DNA from: Anolis carolinensis
Taxonomy: Eukaryota
DNA length: 64,000 nucleotides
NCBI RefSeq assembly: GCF_035594765.1
Contig: NC_085842.1
Coordinates: forward strand, 137,343,036-137,407,035
Reading direction: 5' to 3'
Made by a program: the position numbers and the translations under genes. Below the pieces are notes generated by a model that worked only from the letters and a program-made list of their open reading frames with translations, was not told the DNA's origin and did no database searches. This document shows positions 1 to 12,985 of the stretch, piece by piece. Each line of letters begins with the position of its first letter. The first letter of the stretch is position 1.

Positions 1-537
1 TTAAAAGGAAAAAGGTCCCCAGTTATACATTGAGGGTATTGAATAAGTTTGAAGAGGAGGGGGGGGGGATCTCATTTCAGCTGTCTCTAGATAAAATAAC
101 TAGAGGGATCTAGAGTTGTAATTATGGAAGATATACCGGTACTTCATCCATGTCTAGAGTAGATCTTTCTCCTGCCCAAGAAAGGTTAAGGCGGAGTAGG
201 GAGGGAGGGAAACCCACAGTGTCATTGTAATGTATTTTGTCCAGATCAAGAAACGTCATAAGTGAAGAAAAACTTATGACATTTCATGATCTGGATAAAA
301 TCCAATACAATGCAATACAAAAGAAAAACTAGAAAATCTTTATAAAAACCTTTGGACAAAGGGAACTCCACTACACTCTGAAGCAGCATTTTGCACTCTT
401 GGATATCGTTATTCTGATTCAGCCATGGCTCAGACATTGTTATTCTGGCTGGACCTTGACTCAGCATTTTCGATCATCCAGACTCCTTGATCTATTTCCA
501 TGTTTCCCGCAAAAGCCGTATCTACCTCCTCTACTTC

Positions 538-915
538 TTTTTTTTTCTTTTTTAATTTTTTTTTATTTATTTATACTTGAAACGTATACATTCTTAAACA
601 AATTTGCAATACAGAGTTATGTATATCAAGCTCATATAGTATTTTCACTCTCTATATTACATATTATTTACCTTTTATTACCCCTCACTTAGTGCTATCC
701 CTTCACCCCAGACCAGCCAGTTACAATATTTATTTCCAAAATTCCATTGTTTCTTTTACAGGTTTTTTCCCCTTACCTTCTACATATACAAACTCTATAA
801 ATTTTCCCCATATCTTCCCAAAATCATCCTTTTTTAATATCCCTCTTTTAATTTTAATCTTACATGTCAATTTATCATTTATCGCAATATCCCAAATGTC
901 CTTATACCTCCTCTA
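538..915 (-). mobile_element. 5'-truncated L1 LINE (ORF2 C-terminus, 3'UTR and poly(A) tail)
   Basis: Reverse strand reads YKDIWDIAINDKLTCKIKIKRGILKKDDFGKIWGKFIEFVYVEGKG...EFWK*, typical of a vertebrate L1 ORF2 C-terminus; the T-rich run at 538-572 is AATAAA plus poly(A) on the minus strand. Confidence 0.7.
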
Positions 916-2149
916 CTTCAAGAATATGGATTTAGAGACACTGTGGATCTACATTTCACACATACAAAAAACACATCAACTCCATAAACGATTCAGATTT
1001 TGAAGCATTTCAGAACTGTAAATAAGTGATGTTCAAACTATGAACAATTTGCATTTTGGAGCATTTAAGAATTGAAAATAAAGGGATGTTCAAATTATGG
1101 ATGATTTGAAATTGGAGCATTGTGAACCAAAGGAAGCAGAAAAATGATTTAGGAAACATGCTCGAATTGTGGTTCAATATTTATTTTTACAATTTTTTTA
1201 AACGCCCCATGGAGAATGTGGAACACTGAAAATCTCTCTTGACGGAATGAACTCAGTCCATCCCCATCTTGCTGCCCAGAAGAGTTTGCAGCAAAGGGAT
1301 TCCAGTGGACGAAAGGACTGTGATGCCAATGGCTGCCCTGTCCAATTGTCTGAAAGGAAAGAAAGAACGAGTCCAGGTAGGGCAAAGTATGGTCCTAAGA
1401 CCTCACCTTTGGGGCCTTGAAGCACTCCAAAAGTCCCATAAAGCCTTATTTATTTATTTAGAACTAGCTTAGGTAGCCAGCAATGCATTAATTAGGCCAA
1501 CTCCATTATCCAAAACATGTTCCAAACTGGGGTCTAATGGAACCTGTAGTCCAACAGGGGGCACTTATAGCTGGGTTTTTTGGGAATTCTAGTCCAAAAA
1601 GGCCTATGTACCTATGAACACCCATAGACCTCTACAGTTTGTGTCCCCATAGACTGAGCCTCCTTGCCCATGGGCCTCTTTATGAGGAAAAGGAGAGGGA
1701 TCCCTATGGATATTTTCCCTATTAAGTGGGAAATGTTTGGCACCGTGACACCAGGGTGAATCTTAATAGGCTAAAATTTTCCTCTTAATTAAAAACAAGG
1801 GTGAACTGAGATGTTTTCTTCGCCCCCTGTGCGGTAGGAATGCATATTTGTTCGCTTACATAACCTTTATTTTGGCCAGGGTTTTGGGATTGTTGATGGG
1901 GTGCAAATTGATGTAAACATCACAAGATGGATCCTGTAGAGAAACAAAAAAAACGTCAAAATCCGGGCTCCACTCCAAGTCTCCAAAGGGGAAACCAAGC
2001 CAGAGAAATCGCAGCCCAGGAAGGCCAAATATTCCAAAATAGGGAAATTTTATGCTGGGTGAGATGGTCATCTGCTCTGAGGTCATCAAAGAGGCTGGAC
2101 TGATAGACATTCTGCATTGGATTGGCAATTGGCCTCTAGTGTTCTTCCA

Positions 2150-3030
2150 GACAATTGATATCTATATCTAGAGGCCATCTAACCCAGAATCCCATGCATT
2201 TTGGGGGTAGTCAATGGATTCTAGACTCTGTGATACCACTTCTGTGGACCCACCCGCAAATCCACTGGGGTTGCATTAGATGTCCTTTAGGTTTCTTCTA
2301 AACTATGGGTTTCCCTATCTGGAGGTTATCTAAACCAGAAGTCTGGATGCTGGCACTCGGAGATCACTTCAACCCATGCCAAATCCATCACTAGGATTGA
2401 ATTATATGACCTCTCAGATCCTTCCAACTGGGTTTCTATGTCAGGAGGCCATCTAAATCAGAATCCAAACTCTTGGAGGTGGTCAGACTGTTTCAGCAAA
2501 GTAGATGCTGAAGTTTGTGGTCACTCCAAGCCATCCTCAAATCCATCATTGGGGTCAGACTACATAGCCTTTAGGGCCCTTCCAAACAATAGGCTTCTAT
2601 GACTGGAGGCATCTAGAGATTTAGATACTTGTACTTGATGGAATCAGCCTGTTTCAGCAACATGGATGCTGGACTCTGTGGTCATTCAAAAACACTGGAG
2701 TTAGACCTCTGAGGTGCCTCCAGTTATGGATTTCTATATCTAGGGACTGTTTAAACCAGAAACATGGACACTGGACTTTGTGGCCACTCTAACAAATCCA
2801 ACATGGGTTGAACTAGATTACCTCCTGAGTCCCTCCAGTTATGGATTTCTATATCTAGGGACTGTTTAAACCAGAAACATGGACACTGGACTTTGTGGCC
2901 ACTCTAACAAATCCAACATGGGTTGAACTAGATTACCTCCTGAGTCCCTCCAGTTATGGATTTCTATATCCAGTGGTCATCTAAACCAAAGAAGTGGAAG
3001 CTGGGATCTGAAGTTACTCCAGCCAACCCA
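2150..3030 (+). repeat. Degenerate tandem array (~115-150 bp unit) containing a CR1 3'-end-like motif; near-perfect 115-bp copies start at 2717, 2832 and 2947
   Basis: Recurrent tctatatct-ggag-catctaaaccagaa and ggttgaactagat-acctc motifs; cctccagttatggatttctatatc recurs with period 115. Confidence 0.75.
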
Positions 3031-3282
3031 TGAATCCAATACACACAACCCATTTTGCAGCAGTTGGTTCCAAGACCAAAGGTCCAGTTTGTTTGTTCAT
3101 AGCAAGGGCAAATGTTTTGGAAACTGACCTTTGGACATCCAAGCGGGAAATTGGCTGGAGAGAATGGGAATATTTTTTCAGGCTGTTGTTGTCATTGTTC
3201 TTTTCTTTCCACCCTTTTCTCTCTTGCATAACCCATCCTGGGGAGGGAGGGGGAACTAGGCATCCTGCTGACCAGAGTGCAG

Positions 3283-3292
3283 GATAAATAGA
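3283..3292 (+). promoter_or_regulatory. TATA-like box (GATAAATA) of lipocalin gene 1
   Basis: About 85 nt upstream of ATG 3375; equivalent TATA boxes precede genes 2 (TATAAA at 9881) and 3 (TATAAA at ~17107). Confidence 0.5.
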
Positions 3293-3374
3293 GGCCAGGC
3301 AACCAGGGGTCCCTTGCATTTGTTCAGCCGCTCTTCTTTGGACAAGAGGTCAGACAACAAAAGCTACACCAGCC

Positions 3375-4008
3375 ATGCGGAGCAGTTTCTGTGGATTAGG
3401 GGCCCTTGTGCTCCTCTTGGGCCTGGTCCGAGTTCGGGGAGAGGTACCAGTGCAAGTGGACTTCCAGCAAGACCAGGTAGATAGAGTATGGCCCCTTTTC
3501 TTCTTTGGCAAGCAGATGGTTAGCAGAGAGCGGCTTTTGAGGATGAAAGCTCCTATCATTTCACAAACATCAGTTATTGATCATTTAGTCAGTTATCTAT
3601 CTATATAGATAGAATCAACAAGCAGATTTGGTAAACAGTCATTATCATGTAGCTAGTATCTAGACAGACAAACAGATTTATTATTACTGCATTATAGTTA
3701 TTATTCTTTTGTTTATTTATACCCAGCTTTTTCTCTCCACAAAGACTCAAAACGGATTTAGTTTCAGCACATTTAGCACACACTCATTGATAATTTAGCT
3801 GACATCTATTTATCTAGACAGATAGATTGATAGAGAAATTTAATCTCCCAGCCGAATTAACAAACATTAATTATGAAAAATTTACTTGGCATCTAATCAA
3901 CCAGCAGATTTTGTAAACAGTCATTAGTGATCATGTAACTGATCTATCCATCTATCTAGATGTAATCATCCAGAAAACATTTATTATTGATCATTTAGCT
4001 GATATCTA

Positions 4009-4042
<34 letters not shown>

Positions 4043-7000
4043 GAGATATAATCCAGCAGATTTAGCAAACATTCATTATTGATCATTTAGCTGATATCTA
4101 TCTAAGGTAAAGGTAAAGGTTTCCCCTTGATATTAAGTCTAACTTTGGGGGATGGTGCCCATCTGCATTTCTATTCCGAAAAGCCGGTGTTGTCCGTAGA
4201 TGCCTCCTAGGTCATGTGGCATGACTGCATGGAGCATTGTTGCATTCCTGCTGAAGCAGTACCTATTGATCTACTACATTTGCATGTTTTCAAACAGCTA
4301 GGTTGGCAGAAGCTGGGGCTGACAATGGGAGTTCACCCTGTCCTGTGGATTCGAGCTGCCGACCTTCTGGTCTGCAAGTTCTGCAGCTCAGCGGTTTAAC
4401 CCGCTGCATATAGATATAAATAGAATCACCCAACAGATTAAGCAAACATTCAATACTGACACTGTAGCAAATTTCTATCTACCAATCTAGAATCATCCAG
4501 CAGATTTAGCAAAGTCATTATTGATCATTTAGCTGATATCTATCTATCTAGAATCATCCAGCTGATTTAACAAACATTCAATACTGACCATTTAGCTGAT
4601 ATCTAAATAGATAAGAGATAATTACCCACCAGATTTAGCAAATATCCATTATTAATCATGTAGCCAATATTTATCTAGATACAATCACCTAGCAGATGTG
4701 GAAAACATTCATTACAAATCATTTAGCATATACAGTATATGTATGTATGTACACACTCACACATATACAGGCAGTCCCCACATTACTAACAAGATAGGTT
4801 CTGTAGGTTTGTTCTTAAGTTGAATTCATATGTAAATCAGAACAGGTAGATTTTTAAGTGTAACTCCATATGTATATGCATGCATGCCTTGGATAGCATA
4901 GGGAAGGGTAAATATCCCCGTGCTGTTTGTTTTGCTTATCTGTCCCTCTGTCCAGATTTCACCTCACTTTCTGTCCCTGTAATAATTGGATTTTGAAAAA
5001 ATTGGCTTGTTGTGGAAACAAGGATTGGTGAGAAAGCTTCAGTACAGACACCTTTTTCTCATGATAACTCTTTCAGGAGTGAATTTCCCTCACCTATATA
5101 TTTCTCTCACTTCCTGTCATCTTTCTTTGTTCGGATCCAGTTCACTGGGCGCTGGTTCAGCATCGGCTTTGCCTCCAATTCCCGCTGGTTCCAGGAGAAG
5201 AAGTCCGTGATGAAGATGTGCTCCACGGTGGTCTCCCCAACGGCTGAAGGGAACCTGGAGGTTATCTCTACCTACCCCAAGTAAGGGCTTTGGACCCTGA
5301 GAGTGCAAAGAGGCAAACGTTATTTTTCAAGACCACTCTTTTGCCCTGAGATTTCTCGCCTTTGGGAAATCTCAAACTCATGACTCCCAAAGGGGGCATT
5401 TTTATAGACCTGTCCATGCAGATTATATGCCCCTCCTTGTCAAATGCAGGTTAAAGCATAATGTCCCATAGCCCTGTGACCTTCTTTGGCCCCCTGCTTA
5501 GTTAACCAGACCCATGTCTTGACCTTTCTTCCAGAGCAGATAAATGCGAGACCCGAAAGAGCCTCTTCGTCCGGACAGAGGAGGCTGGGCGCTTCCGCTA
5601 CACCAGTTCTTGTAAGTTGGAGGTGCTTTGGGTCCTAGTATCCCCTTTATATGTGGCTGGGACCCCATAAAGTGGCTCCCTCCCTTCTTCCCTCTTTCCT
5701 TTCTAATATGCTTCCTTATTTTTCCCCTTCTTTCCTTNNNNNNNNNNNNNNNNNNNNNNNNNNNNNNNNNNNNNNNNNNNNNNNNNNNNNNNNNNNNNNN
5801 NNNNNNNNNNNNNNNNNNNNNNNNNNNNNNNNNNNNNNNNNNNNNNNNNNNNNNNNNNNNNNNNNNNNNNNNNNNNNNNNNNNNNNCATGTACAACAATG
5901 GACTAGATTAATCTTGTGGGTGCTTTCCAATCTTTTAAGAACGCCAATATAAAATTATAGAATCCTCAGAAAAGGCTAAAGGGGCAAAATATTGCCCTCA
6001 TTTCTGTTCCAGATTCAGGGACCACATCTGACGTCCGTGTCGTAGAGACCAACTACAATGAATACGCTTTGCTGGTGGGGCAGAAAGTCAAAGATGGACA
6101 GACATTCACCATGGTCTCTTTGTATGGTGCGTATCCATATCTGGTTGGATGGCCATCTGTCGGGAGGGTTTTGGTTGTGTTTTCCTGCATTGGCAGAAGG
6201 GGATTGGACTAGATTACCCTTGGAGTCCCCCTCCAACTCTACTGGATGGATCTCTATTCACTTTTGGTCTCTATTAAGATGATGATGATGATGTTGATGA
6301 TGATGATACTAAATAGAATATAGACTTCTTCCTTCTTTAGAGATCTTTAAAGAGGGATCAAATGGACATCTTGCAGGAGGGCTTTAGTTGTCGATGATTG
6401 GCGTTGGACTAGATGATGTTTGGGTTTGACCACCTTGGAGTCTCCTTTGGAGGTCTTTCAACAGTAGTTGGATGGCCATCTGTCAGGAGGGCTTTGATTG
6501 TGTCTTCCTGCATTGGCAGAAGGGGGTTGAACTAGATGTCCTTTGGGGAGCCCTTTTGACTCTAGTGGAAAGAGATGACTCACAGACTGGCAGTCTTTCC
6601 TTTTTTGGAGGCCTTTGAACCATGGTTAGATGGGATTGTGTCTTCCTGTATAGAAGAAAAAGGTTGGACTAGATGACCTTTGGAATCCCCTTCAAATGTT
6701 GATGGAATAGGGAGTGTGATGGACTCTCCTTCTTTCGAGGTCTTTAACAGTGGTTGGATGGCCATTTGTCAGGAGGGCTTTGATTATGTCTTCCTACATT
6801 GGCAGACCTAGATGACCTTTGAACTAGATGACCTTTGTGGATCCCATCCACCTCAAATTGAAAAAGGACTACCTTGGAGGACTCTCTTTTGTAGACCTTT
6901 AGGCCATAGTCAGACTAAATGATCTCTGGTTTCCCCTGTAACTTCATGATTTTTGTTATCTCTTAAAGCCGTGGTTCCTTGACCCTTCTTGTCTTTCTCC

Positions 7001-7372
7001 ATCCATTTTCAGGTCGGACCAAATACCTGAGGCCTGAGCTGGTGGAGAAATTCACCCGCTTTGGTTTGGAGCAGGGTTTGAACCCAGAACAGATCCTTAT
7101 CCTGCCCAGGACCGGTGAGAAGATTCTGGGAGTTGTACCCTAAAGGAAAAGTAACTCAGTCAAGCATTAGCCTGAACAGAAGTGAAGGCAATGGGGAATT
7201 TGGGGTGCAAAAGCGTTACCTGGAAGTATATTTGAGATTGTGTGTGTGTGTGGAATAGAGGACCTCATGATGTCCCTTTCGCCATACCCAAGCATTTATT
7301 CATATCCCTCTTTTCTGACATTTTTCTTTCTGTTTTCCTTCCCCAACAGACCTCTGCATGGAGTCTATATAA
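3375..7372 (+). CDS. PTGDS: Lipocalin-type prostaglandin D synthase-like (L-PGDS / chicken CALgamma-like), 185 aa, secreted
   Basis: Exons 3375-3476, 5141-5280, 5535-5611, 6013-6126, 7013-7114, 7350-7372, all GT-AG, intron phases 0,2,1,1,1. Signal peptide, then [26 protein letters not shown]..MKMC (GxW plus the Cys65 equivalent), ETNYNEYA (SCR2), LYGR (SCR3) and a C-terminal Cys. Probable non-coding last exon from ~9411 with AATAAA at 9475. Confidence 0.9.
3560..4730 (+). repeat. Degenerate ~55-60 bp minisatellite in intron 1 of the PTGDS-like gene, interrupted by a SINE
   Basis: Repeated aatcatccagcagatttagcaaacattcattattgatcatttagctgatatctatc units. Confidence 0.75.
4104..4408 (-). mobile_element. 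Sauria SINE
   Basis: (AAAGGT)n tail (ACCTTT repeats on the minus strand), SINE core, and tRNA-derived head at the right end. Confidence 0.85.
6140..6950 (+). repeat. Tandem CR1 LINE 3'-end fragments
   Basis: About five copies of ttggatggccatctgtc-ggagggctttgattgtg-ttcctgcattggcagaagggggttggactagatg. Confidence 0.75.
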
Positions 7373-7461
7373 TAACAGGTGAGTCTACGGCATTCCTCTA
7401 GCAAGGTCCTGAGTGCAAAACTTTCCATTTCCCCAATTTTGGATCTTTTTCAGGCAGATAT

Positions 7462-7835
7462 CATTATTATTATTTGATACACAACAAGATTAGTACACAA
7501 CAAACAAGATCACTATGCTGGCTGTTGCATTGGATCACATGTTGGACACTTCCCATGTGTCTAGGACTATGTGATGTATCGGCGAATAATGCATGCAGAT
7601 CTGAGTAGGATAGCCTTTTGCAGCTGACAGATGGTAATTTTGTCAGCGACAATTGTGTTTAAGGTCAGGCCAAGGTCTTTAGGCACTGCCCCCAGTGCAC
7701 CGATCACTACTGAGACTGACTTTACTGGCATGTCCCAGAGTCTTTGCTGTTCGATCTTCAAATCCTTGTATCGTGTCAGTTTTTCGAGTTGCTTCTCGTC
7801 AATCCTGATGTTGCCTGGGATTGCAACATCAACAT
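7462..7835 (-). mobile_element. Dong/R4-clade non-LTR retrotransposon 3' fragment (restriction-like endonuclease end)
   Basis: Minus ORF: DVAIPGNIRIDEKQLEKLTRYKDLKIE..RLW....VVIGALG....CQLQKAILLRSACIIRRYIT*; flanked by trinucleotide repeats. Confidence 0.8.
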
Positions 7836-8144
7836 CATAATCATCATCATCATTTTTATTATTAGTAGTAGTAGTAGTATTAACTTTATACCCTGCCTTT
7901 TGTCTCATGGGGGCTTATGGTGGCTAACAGCCACACACTCTAATAGCAATTTAAAACAAAGCAAATACATTTAAAAATAAATAAATATTGGTGTGTTAAA
8001 GTACAATTGAAATATAGTAAATGTAATTAAAAGTAAATGTATAAAAAAATACAGCTCTGAACCCCATTATTTGTTTTGAATAGAATAAACCTACTCAATC
8101 TTCCATGTATTCCAAAATGTGGAATATCATGAATATATATACCG

Positions 8145-8185
<41 letters not shown>

Positions 8186-8507
8186 TATACATACATATAC
8201 AATATTGTCCTATATGATATAATGTTATAATATAATATGGTATTTATTATATTTATTATATTATAGTATATTATATTTATTTATGATATATTATTAGAAA
8301 TATAAATGATGTTATATTTATTATAGCCATTATGTTATATTCTTATAATATATGATATTGTATGATGTGCTATTTATTATTAGAAATACTATATATTAAA
8401 ATATTATAGAATAAATATACCATTATGATATATTTCTCCTAATAGTATGTTTATTATATAACATTAAATTATATTATATTGATTATAAATATTATATATT
8501 ATCTTAT

Positions 8508-8816
8508 GGAGCCCCTGGTGGTGCAGCAGATTAAACTGCTGAGCTGCCGAACTTGTTGACTGAAAGGTATACAGTTCGAATCCAGGGAGTGGGGTGAGCT
8601 CCTGCTGTTAGCCCCAGCTTCTGCCAACCTAGCAGTTCAAAAACAGTAAAGGTGAGTAGATCAATAGATACTGCCTTGGCAGGAAGGTAACAGCACACCA
8701 TGCAGTTATGCCAGCCACATCACCTTGGAGGTGTCTATGGACAACACCGGCTCTTAGAAATGGAGATGAGCAACAACTCCCAGAGTCAGACACAACTAGA
8801 CTTAACTTTACCTTTT
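8508..8816 (+). mobile_element. Sauria SINE
   Basis: ggagcccctggtgg head, gttcgaatcc B-box, ACTTTACCTTT tail. Confidence 0.85.
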
Positions 8817-9038
8817 ATTGTCTTATGCTTATATGAGATTGTATGATATATTTATTATTAAAATATATTATATTTATTATAATAAATATTTGTCCTAATT
8901 GTATATGTATTACATGATATTTTATTAATTATAAATATTATTATATTAACATATGGCATATTATATTTATTATAATATTACATGACATATTTATTATAAA
9001 CATATGATATGGTCTAAAACTCAATAATATTAATAATA

Positions 9039-9361
9039 CAGTAGAGTCTCACTTATCCAAGCTAAACAGGCCGGCAGAAGCTTGGATAAGCGAATATCTT
9101 GGATAATAAGGAGGGATTAAGGAAAAGCCTATTAAACATCAAATTAGATTATGATTTTACAAATTAAGCACCAACACATCATGTTTTACAACACATTTGA
9201 CAGAAAAAGCAGTTCAATACGCAGTAATGTTATGTTGTAATTACTGTATTTACGAATTTAGCACCAAAATATCACGATATATTGAAAACATTAACTACAA
9301 AAATGGCTTGGATAATCCAGAAACATGGATAAGCGAGGCTTGGATAAGTGAGACTCTACTG
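9039..9361. mobile_element. Tc1/mariner-type MITE
   Basis: TIRs cagtagagtctcacttatccaag ... cttggataagtgagactctactg, flanked by TA. Confidence 0.85.
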
Positions 9362-9933
9362 TACTAGTTATCATAATGATCATAATATTTACTCCCCAAT
9401 TGTATCTCAGGAACTGAGACCCAAAGCCATGCACTAAAGCATCTCTGATAATTGAAAAAAAACTTCCATTTGAGAATAAAATATATATTGAGAATATGTA
9501 TTTCTTACTGTATTTTTCCTTTTTTCCCAAGACACCAAAGGGAAGAAGGAAGTGTCCGCCCAATTCCTGGGATTGAGCAAACTCTCTTGATTAATAATAA
9601 AATTAAAATTCAATATACAGCTGTTTCGGTTGCATCTTTTTTTGGTTGGCAATGTTTCCACGACAAAACCAAAGGCAATGCACTATGAATTCAATTCTAT
9701 AGATGTCCAAAAGGCCCAATAGGGGAAAAAAGGGATTTGATGTAAAACCTTTGAAGGCTCTCTTTTCACTTAATCCTCCTGTCCTTCTTAAGGCCACTTT
9801 AATGCCTTAATTAAAGGGTATTAAGTGGTGCCTGGGTTATGGTTATGCAACCGGAGGGGAGGGGAGCATGAGATTTCTAGTATAAATCAGGGTCCTTCCA
9901 AGGAGCTAAAACCATATTTAGGATCTGAAAAAG

Positions 9934-12900
9934 ATGGCTCTCCTGCTGCCACCGCTCTTCCTTTTGCTTTGGGCCTTTGCTGCTCAGGCCGATGTTACTA
10001 TTCAACCGGATTTCGACCTCGAAAAGGTAGGAACTACAACTCCCAGGAAGCAAATGTAAGGGATTGCAGTGCCCTGACATCCTTTAAGGCTGAGAGAGTG
10101 TTACTTAGAAAGTTTCCAGGGTTGAGCGGGGATTCAAACCCAGGTCTCAAAGCCATACTGCTATTTCCCATTTTATAAGGGTTTCTCTTAGAAGGATGTA
10201 TTATACCCAAAGGAAGTTTGCCAACGAGTTCCCATGGCTCAATGGGGATTCGAACAAGCTTTGGACGTTCCCAATGGACACACTTTTCAAATGCAGGATA
10301 TATTGTTTCTGCACAAATTCACTCATACACAATTAAAACTAGGGCATGTTCAAATACTCTACTAACCATAGATACCCAGGGTCCTTAAGCCTGATAGTAA
10401 AAGTTTATAAAGCTAAGATTGTACCTATGATATTATACGGGGCAGAAATTTGGGGTCGAAACAAATTACCGATAATGGAACAGACCCAATCAAAATTTCT
10501 AAGACAAATGCTGGGAGTAGGCATAAGGGCCACCTCTGCGGCTGTCAGAGATGAATTAGAAATATACTCCATCAAAGATCTTGCCAAAATCTGGTCTTCA
10601 ATTATTGGTCAAAAATTACAAATTTGGAAAATGGTAGACTCCCAAAATTATTCTTGGCAGAACAAACTAGTGGTCAGATACAAGCTTCCTTGTATTAATA
10701 ATTAATTAAAGACTCTGTATCTACAGCACCGCTGAAGTTGAAAATTTGAACCACATATTACAAAAATCCTGTCTGTGTGAAAAAAATAAGAAACAACACT
10801 TATGGTCTTTTACTTGTACATAAAACGAGCTGGGATACTTCTGCCAAAACCACATTTTACTAGCTGGTTCTAACCCTGTCTTAACAACAAAAAATGCTCT
10901 TTATCTTATAAAACATCTAAAAGGAGATTAGAGTATATTGATCAGATACGGTGTACAAGGACACCTGATGTACATACTTAGGATTAAGTTACACTTGGCT
11001 ACCAGTAGACCACCTCCATTTTTTCCTTCTGTATATGTATATTTAAATTTATATTTTTATTTGGACTAGATGTATACTGTTCATTGTGATTATATTGCGT
11101 ATTTTGATAAGGCCAATTGGCTGATCAATAAAATCGTTTCGTCTTTGAGGTTGGATGGCCATCTGTCAAGAGGGCTCTGATGGTGCTTTTCCTTCCTGGC
11201 AGAAGAGAGTTGGGCTGGCTTGCCCTTTGAGGTCTCTTCTAACTCTAGGACTCTATGATTCTATGACAGACATCTGTTGGGAGGGATTGGATGGTGTCCT
11301 TTCTGGTAAAAGAGGGTTAAGCTGAATGGCCCTCTTCCAACTCTAGGATTCTATGATCCCGAGTCATATAGTCTAATACTCTATGCCCGCTTCCAAGGAG
11401 GGAGGTTAAATAGAGCAGAAACGACCAAATGACATCAAACTGGTCCTTTTTGTCCAGTTTGCAGGGTCCTGGCACTTGATGGCCGGTGCCTCCGACTGTC
11501 CGATATTCCAGAGCATGAAGAACCTGATGACTACCTCCGTGGCCATCATCCGGCCCCTCCCCAATGGAGACATGACCTTTCTGACTGGCTACCCTCTGTA
11601 AGTATCTGGACCTTAGTCCGCTCTGGGTTTCTGTCCGTACTTTAAAACAGACAGCTCCAAAATAAAACTAAACCTTCAATGGACACCTCTGTACCCCATT
11701 TTAATTTTTTTTAGGTCATCTATATTTCTTTTTCAATGGTATAGTGCAACAATATAGTAAATACGATGCAACAGCATAATAAATCAAATCTGTTGCAACA
11801 ATATAGTAAATCAATATAATGTGAGAAAGAAGATTATGAGTGTTTCAATACAAACAAGGCATTTTGCTTGGATGTAGATTCCATTGTCATGCAAAAAATA
11901 AATTGAGAACACCAGAGAAACATGCTAGAATATTTGGGAAATGATTCCTCCGCCTTGGAAGGTTGGAGTGAACCAATAAAAATAATTAAATATTTCAAAA
12001 TGTTTGAAAAAGTACAAAAAAGTTCAAAAGTTTTTAAAAAGTTCAAACGGTAAAAAAATAAACTGAGGACTGGGCAAATATGCAAGAATGTTCAGAGAAT
12101 GATCTTCTGACTTGTAAGGTCAGAGTGAATCAATTTTCAAAAAAAGTTTTAAAAAAACAATTTAAAGTTCAAAAAAGTTTGAACTGCAAAAAGAAAATAC
12201 CCAAGAATATTTTGAGAATGATCAGCCACCTTGTAAGGTCAAAGTGAATCAACTTTCAAAAAGTTCAAACATTTCAAAAGGTACAAAAAATGCATTAAAA
12301 TCATACTGCAAAAATAGTTTGAGGATTCTGGGCAAATATGCAAGACTATTTGGAGAATTATCCTCCAATATGTAAGGTCAAAGTGAACCAATTTTCAAAT
12401 AAATGTCAAAAAATTTCAAAAATAAACTTTAGACTCTGGACAAATATGAAATAATATTTGGAGACTGGCCTTCTGCCTTGCAAGTGCAGGACAAATAAAT
12501 TTCAAACTTTCACATTTGCTTTATTGTTTTTGTTACATATTTTTCTTTTCATTTACAGCCAGGAGGAATGTAAGCCAATAGAGATACATTTTAAAAAGAC
12601 AGAGCAGCCTGGACGCTTCGTTATTGATGGTAGGTGTGCCTCTGAGTATGCACAAAGTGCCTTTATGTAGGATTGCAGTTTAAAGCATTGCTGATACCAC
12701 TGAGCATGTGAAAAGTATCTTTCAAAATGAAGACGTCCATCTCATTTTGAACTGGGCCATCCTTGAAAGTCTCACTAGTGCCTCTGAGCATGTGCAAAGT
12801 GCCTTTCCCCTTCTTGTAAAATACTATAATGATATCCATTATAAGAATTCAAAATCTGCAGTTCCACATCACTGTGAATGCTATGGAACCCTGGGAGATG

Positions 12901-12938
12901 TAGTTTGGTGCTCTTTGGCAAAGAAGGCCCAAGACCAT

Positions 12939-12985
<47 letters not shown>

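Noticed and set aside
1-520. Possible decayed LINE coding remnant
   Set aside because: Only faint motif similarity with many stops; cannot be assigned.
1280-2058. Possible exons of an upstream gene (AG/GT-bounded segments ~1280-1376 and ~1939-2058)
   Set aside because: No recognisable protein in any frame (not C8G- or lipocalin-like) and no consistent reading frame could be established.
2700-4730. CRISPR-like repeat/spacer appearance of the tandem arrays
   Set aside because: Vertebrate DNA, no unique spacers and no cas genes; these are ordinary minisatellites.
5628-5930. ORFs containing X runs (also 32999-33361)
   Set aside because: They span assembly gaps of N.
8508-8600. tRNA-like sequences with A/B boxes
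   Set aside because: They are heads of tRNA-derived SINEs, not cloverleaf tRNA genes.
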